DNA of 64,000 nucleotides, from assembly GCA_964016885.1 (NCBI GenBank), contig OZ024743.1, forward strand, positions 371,070,001 through 371,134,000, given 5' to 3'. Position numbers and translations under genes: made by a program. Below the pieces are notes generated by a model, which was not told where the DNA came from, did no database searches, and saw only the letters and a program-made list of their open reading frames with translations. The stretch is from Eledone cirrhosa. Its lineage: Eukaryota. Of the stretch, positions 57,038-64,000 are shown piece after piece (positions within the stretch are counted from its first letter, which is position 1; each line of letters opens with the position of its first letter).

Positions 57038-58890
57038 ATCATCATCATCATCATCATCAACGTTTAACGTCCGTGTTCCACGCTTGCATGGGTTTGGACG
57101 GGGGTAGTCCCACTTGAGGCAAGAGTGATTGTCTTGCTCGCATAGGACTGTCTGGCAGGTTTTCTACAGTTGGATGCCCTTCCTAACACCAACCACATTT
57201 ACAGTGTGGGTCTGGGAGGTTTTTACCGTGTTGCCTACACGGCCACATTACAGCGTGGACTGTGTGTTTTTTTGTCGTGACACCTACACGATCTCATTTG
57301 TTTCGGCCTCGATGGCGCGGCACCAACATAACTTTACATAGACGGGGTGGTGTGGATGGGGTGGGGGCGGGGGTGGTGGGACGGGGTGTATTTTGTTAGA
57401 GATGCCTACTGGCTGGAGTAGGTTTTACTATATATTTAGGTAAGGCGGGTCTTCTCTGTTACTGAGTACCGCCAAAGGTCTCGGTCCAGTGACATTGTCT
57501 TGGAGAGGTGTAAGTGTGCGATGTCGGAGTTTATCAGCTCGTCCCAGGTTTTTCTAGGTCTGCCTATTCCGTGACTACCGTCTATCTTTATTGCCCTGCA
57601 CTTTGTTATACAGCTATCGACTTTCATGAGCATCACGTGTCCATACCAACGTAGCCTTCTCTCGAGTAAACAACATCTGATCCCTCTTATCTCTAATTTT
57701 TTCCTTAGTTCATTTATGCTTTGCCGTTCACGTATATTACTGTTACACATCCAGCGGAGCATGCAAGCTTCGTTCCTCTCTAGTCTGCGTATATCCTCTG
57801 CACACAATGCCCAGGTCTCACTGCCATGCAGCATTGCTGTTCGTATGCAGGCATCGTACAACCTGCCTTTCATTTTTAGTGAGAACCCTTTAGCAGCTAA
57901 TAGTGGTATAAGCTCTCTGAACTTTTTCCAACCAGTTCTGACTCTAGCTACAGTACTTTCAGAGCACCCTCCCCCACTGCTGATTTTATCGCCCAGGTAA
58001 CGGAAGCTGTCCACTATTTCTATAGAACCCTCTGCGCAATTGAAAGAGCTAGTAGTTTGTGGGCACTTGCTGCTACTTATTGCACCAGAGCACCGGCCAC
58101 ATGTAAAATCTATGTTCTTAGTTAGCTTACCTGTGATCCCACTACATCTTTTATGCACCCATACTTTGCATTTAGGACATAAAATGGAGTTTCTACCTAC
58201 GCCTTTCCTACACACCGAGCACGACCATTTCCCAGAAGGGACCGCCGCCTTGTTTTCTTTCCTACAAACTAGTACTTTGGTCTTAGCCAGGTTAATTTTA
58301 AGTCCTTTTGACTCTAGGCCGTGCTTCCATGTTTGGAATTTCTTCTCTAGCTCGGCCATTGATTCCGCTATGAGTGTCAGGTCGTCTGCGTATAGGAGTT
58401 CCCATGGGCAGCCTGTCTTGAACTCCTCTGTTATAGCCTGAAGGGCAATAATAAATAGTAGTGGGCTGAGAACAGAGCCCTGATGGACGCCAACTTTTAC
58501 GCTAAACTCTTCACTATATTCGTTGTTAATTCTAACCTTGCTGACTGTTTCTTTATACATGGCTTGTATGGCCCTCACAAGCCATTCGTCAACGCCTAGT
58601 TTTCTAAGAGCCCACCAGATAATGGAGCGGGGGACTCTGTCGAAGGCTTTCTCCAAGTCGACAAAAGCTAAGTAGAGGGTTTACCTTTAGCTAGGTACTT
58701 CTCCTGTAGTTGTCGTACTATGAAAAGAGCGTCTGTGGTACTTTTGCCTGACACAAACCCGAACTGCATTTCATCTAGGTCAATTCTCTCTCTGATTAGT
58801 TGCGCTATTACTTTTTCCGTGACCTTCATGACCTGGTCGATTAATTTAATGCCTCTATAGTTACTCCTATCTAGGGCGTCTCCTTTACCA
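57038..58890 (-). mobile_element. RTE-B LINE, 5'-truncated, one frameshift near 58675
   Basis: [15 protein letters not shown].. then ORF 57436-58656; 3' UTR and (GAT)n tail. Confidence 0.93.
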
Positions 58891-58921
58891 TATATATATA
58901 CATATATATATATATATACAT

Positions 58922-58953
<32 letters not shown>

Positions 58954-58966
58954 CATATATATACAC

Positions 58967-59075
<109 letters not shown>

Positions 59076-59086
59076 CATATATATAC

Positions 59087-59147
<61 letters not shown>

Positions 59148-59148
59148 C

Positions 59149-59179
<31 letters not shown>

Positions 59180-59198
59180 CATATATATATACATATAC

Positions 59199-59672
<474 letters not shown>

Positions 59673-59684
59673 TATATATATATA

Positions 59685-59752
<68 letters not shown>

Positions 59753-59753
59753 G

Positions 59754-59861
<108 letters not shown>

Positions 59862-59922
59862 CATATATATATACATATATATATACATATATATATACAT
59901 ATATATATACATATATATATAC

Positions 59923-59966
<44 letters not shown>

Positions 59967-59967
59967 G

Positions 59968-60029
<62 letters not shown>

Positions 60030-60039
60030 CATATATATG

Positions 60040-60135
<96 letters not shown>

Positions 60136-60198
60136 TATATACATATATATATACATATATATATACATATATATATACATATATATATACATATATAT

Positions 60199-60798
60199 AA
60201 GCATAAATGAATTGAGAGAGAGACTGAGCATAAGAGGAATCAAATGCTGCGTGCAGGAGAGGCGGTTACGCTGGTATGGACATGTGATGCGTATGAAGGA
60301 TGACAGCTGCATAAAAAGGTGCAGAGCACTAGAAGTTGATGGAAACCGCGGAGTGGGGAGACCCAAGATGACTTGGGATGAGGTGATAAAAGCCGACCTT
60401 ACCCAACTACACCTCTCAAAGTCAATGACACACGACCGTGACTTCTGGCGTCACGCAGTAATACAGGGTACCCGACCTCCCATGGGTACATGCTGAAGCA
60501 TATAAACAATATGCCCCCCCCCCCCACCGCAAGGTGGTCGTGGAGGTGCCACGGCAAAAAAGCACCCAGCCCACACTGTAAAGTGGACGTGTAGGCGCCA
60601 CGAAAAAGCACCCAGCACTCACTGTAAATGAGGTTGGTGTTAGGAAGGGCATCCAGCTGTAGAAATCAAGCCAGATCAGTTCCTGTATGAGCAAGGCATG
60701 GTCAGCCGACCAGACACTGCCCACAACAGGACAACCCGTCTAACCCATGCTAGCGTGGAAGAACGGACGTAAAACGGTGATGATGATGATGATGATGA
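60199..60798 (+). mobile_element. RTE-C 3' fragment
   Basis: Near-identical to 54108-54710. Confidence 0.92.
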
Positions 60799-60838
60799 TA
60801 TATATATGTACATATATATATATGTACATATATATATA

Positions 60839-60935
<97 letters not shown>

Positions 60936-60978
60936 GTATATATATATGTATATATATATATATATATGTATATATATG

Positions 60979-61051
<73 letters not shown>

Positions 61052-61155
61052 GTACATATATATATATGTACATATATATATATATGTACATATATATATA
61101 TGTACATATATATATATGTATATATATATATATATGTACATATATATATATGTAC

Positions 61156-61208
<53 letters not shown>

Positions 61209-61251
61209 TATATATATATGTACATATATATATATATGTACATATATATAT

Positions 61252-63319
61252 AAGCTGAAATACTGTCAGCAGCAACACATCAACTTGACTGCCATTTCAT
61301 CACTAGAGATTAAAAAACATAACCTCCAAAACAACATAATGTCCCTCATCAACAATCAGAGAAGAGCTGAAGAGGCCTGGGCCATTGAGAAGATCAAACT
61401 CAATCCCAAAGTGTTCTTTTCATTTGCAAAAAAACACAAAATCACTGGCTCTACTGTTGGCCCTCTAATTGATGAAAATGGCACTCTTCAAGACAATGCT
61501 AAAACCATGGGTGAGATACTGCAGAAACAATACTGCTAGATACTGCAGAAACAATACTGCTCTGTTTTCAGCAATCCTGATATGGCCGATCTGGGCTGTA
61601 TCGGCGATGTTACTCCCCATTACACCTTATCGGACATAACGTTTGGCGCCCCTGATGTCTTGGCGGCAATAAAGGAAATCAAGCATAATTCAGCAGTAGG
61701 TCCCGATAGGTTCCCTGCTTGTGTCTTGAAGGCGTGTCAACACCAACTTGCTTCTCCTCTTGCCAATCTGTGGCGGAACTCACTGGATGCTGGATATGTG
61801 CCAGAAAACCTTCTATCCCAGTCTGTTGTCCCAGTTTTCAAAAAGGGAAACAAATCCCTTGCCGTGAATTACCGTCCAATCTCACTCACCTCTCATATCA
61901 TTAAGGTATTTGAGCGAGTGGTGAGATCGCGAATGACCCACTTCCTTGAGAGTAACAATATGCTGAACTCCAACCAGCATGGATTCCGTAATGGAAGGGA
62001 TTGCCTGACGCAACTACTGCATCACTTTGATGACATTTTGAGAGCCTTGGGAGAGGGTTCCAACACTGATGTTATCTACCTTGATTTCAGCAAGGCCTTT
62101 GACAGGGTTGATCATAACATTCTACTGAGAAAGCTGTCCAATATTGGTGTCACTGGAAAGCTGCTGCAGTGGATCAAGAGCTTCCTGTCAAACAGAACCC
62201 AACATGTTGTAGTTGAGGGAGTCAAATCAAGCCCAGCCAAAGTCAGTAGTGGAGTCCCACAAGGCACTGTGTTGGGCCCACTTCTCTTCATCATCTATAT
62301 TAATGACATCACTGACATCATCAAACACAGCAACATTAAAATTTTCGCTGATGATTCCAAGCTCCAAAAGGTCATCAATGGCGTGGATGACCGGATAAGC
62401 CTTCAGTCAGACCTACTGGCTGTTACCCAATGGGCAGAAAAGAACAACATGTTACTGAACGAAGATAAATTCGAACTGATCCACTTTGGAAAAGAGGATG
62501 CTCTGAAACTCCCGTACTCCCTTCCCTCCGGGGAAACTCTCGTGGCATCTAACAACATCAGAGACTTGGGAGTAACCGTGGACAGCAACATAAGCTGGAC
62601 CACGCATATAAGCAGCAAAGTTGACATGGCCCGCAGAATGTGTTCCTGGATCCTCAGAACCTTCCAGTCGAGAGATTCCCGCACCATTATCCTTCTCTTC
62701 TCTACTTTCGCCCGACCACACCTTGAATACTGTTGTCCACTGTGGTCTCCCCACACGAAACAAAGTATCATGAAACTTGAAGCTCCTCAAAGGGCAATCA
62801 CGAAAAAGATAGATGGCATGTCAGACCTTGACTACTGGGGTCGATTGGAAAACCTGAAACTTTACTCACTCCAACGTCGCCGTTAGCGTTATATTATCTG
62901 CATGATGTGGAAGATGTTCCATCATCACTGCCCAAATGATGTTGGCATCGCCTTCAAGATACACCCAAGGCTTGGGCCCCGTGCTATCCGTCCCATTCAA
63001 AAATCTAAATCGCAACTCATAACAACAATACGGCACAATTATTTCACCTCAATCGGCCCTGCTCTCTTCAACATCACACCAGGACACGTCAAAACAGAAA
63101 CTGACCACACAAAATTCAAGAAGTCTTTGGACAAATTCCTCCAAGTAATCCCGGACAAACCACCCACACCCGGATATGTCTCCGCAAACAGTAATTCTCT
63201 TCTCGAATGGGCCATGGTGCCCAAATCCTGAATTGAAAGACTTCGCCAGGTGGTGCTATTAAGTTAGACATGGCCTGGGCCAATACTGGCCAAAACATTT
63301 CAAAGTTATTCAAAGTTAT
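61252..63319 (+). mobile_element. CR1-group LINE copy 4 (5'-truncated; 24-bp duplication creating TAG; nonsense codon at 62884)
   Basis: ORFs 61582-62886 and 62902-63231; agatactgcagaaacaatactgct at 61514 and 61538. Confidence 0.92.

Positions 63320-64000
<681 letters not shown>

Overview
Eukaryotic, AT-rich, almost entirely repeat-derived window with no recognisable host gene. The SINE and LINE types and kb-long degenerate (TA)n arrays suggest an octopod cephalopod (inference, not tested). Mobile elements: (1) three RTE LINE families, labelled A, B and C here, with (GAT)n tails and a PHD-like C4HC3 finger inside the RT region; (2) a tRNA-headed SINE built from RTE-C and RTE-A parts; (3) four near-identical CR1-group LINE copies, all in (TA)n, one with an uninterrupted ORF2; (4) a full-length L1/Tx1 element in (GATA)n with a second 3' fragment at its 5' junction; (5) several Penelope-like (PLE) fragments; (6) a ~7.8 kb intron-containing Helitron carrying a MITE, piggyBac derivatives and an RTE-derived unit; (7) a DD37D (maT) mariner; (8) bipartite RTE-derived non-autonomous elements with a 35-aa C2H2 mini-ORF. 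The most interesting signals are non-coding RNA structures. One is a covarying tandem H-type pseudoknot plus hairpin module shared by RTE 5'/3' UTRs and the SINE. The other is six type I hammerhead ribozyme motifs in four families, several in short non-coding retrozyme-like or solo-pLTR-like units. All folds and alignments were read by eye, so boundaries may be off by a few bases. The long IY/YI ORFs are microsatellite artefacts. There is a 200-N gap at 52971-53170.
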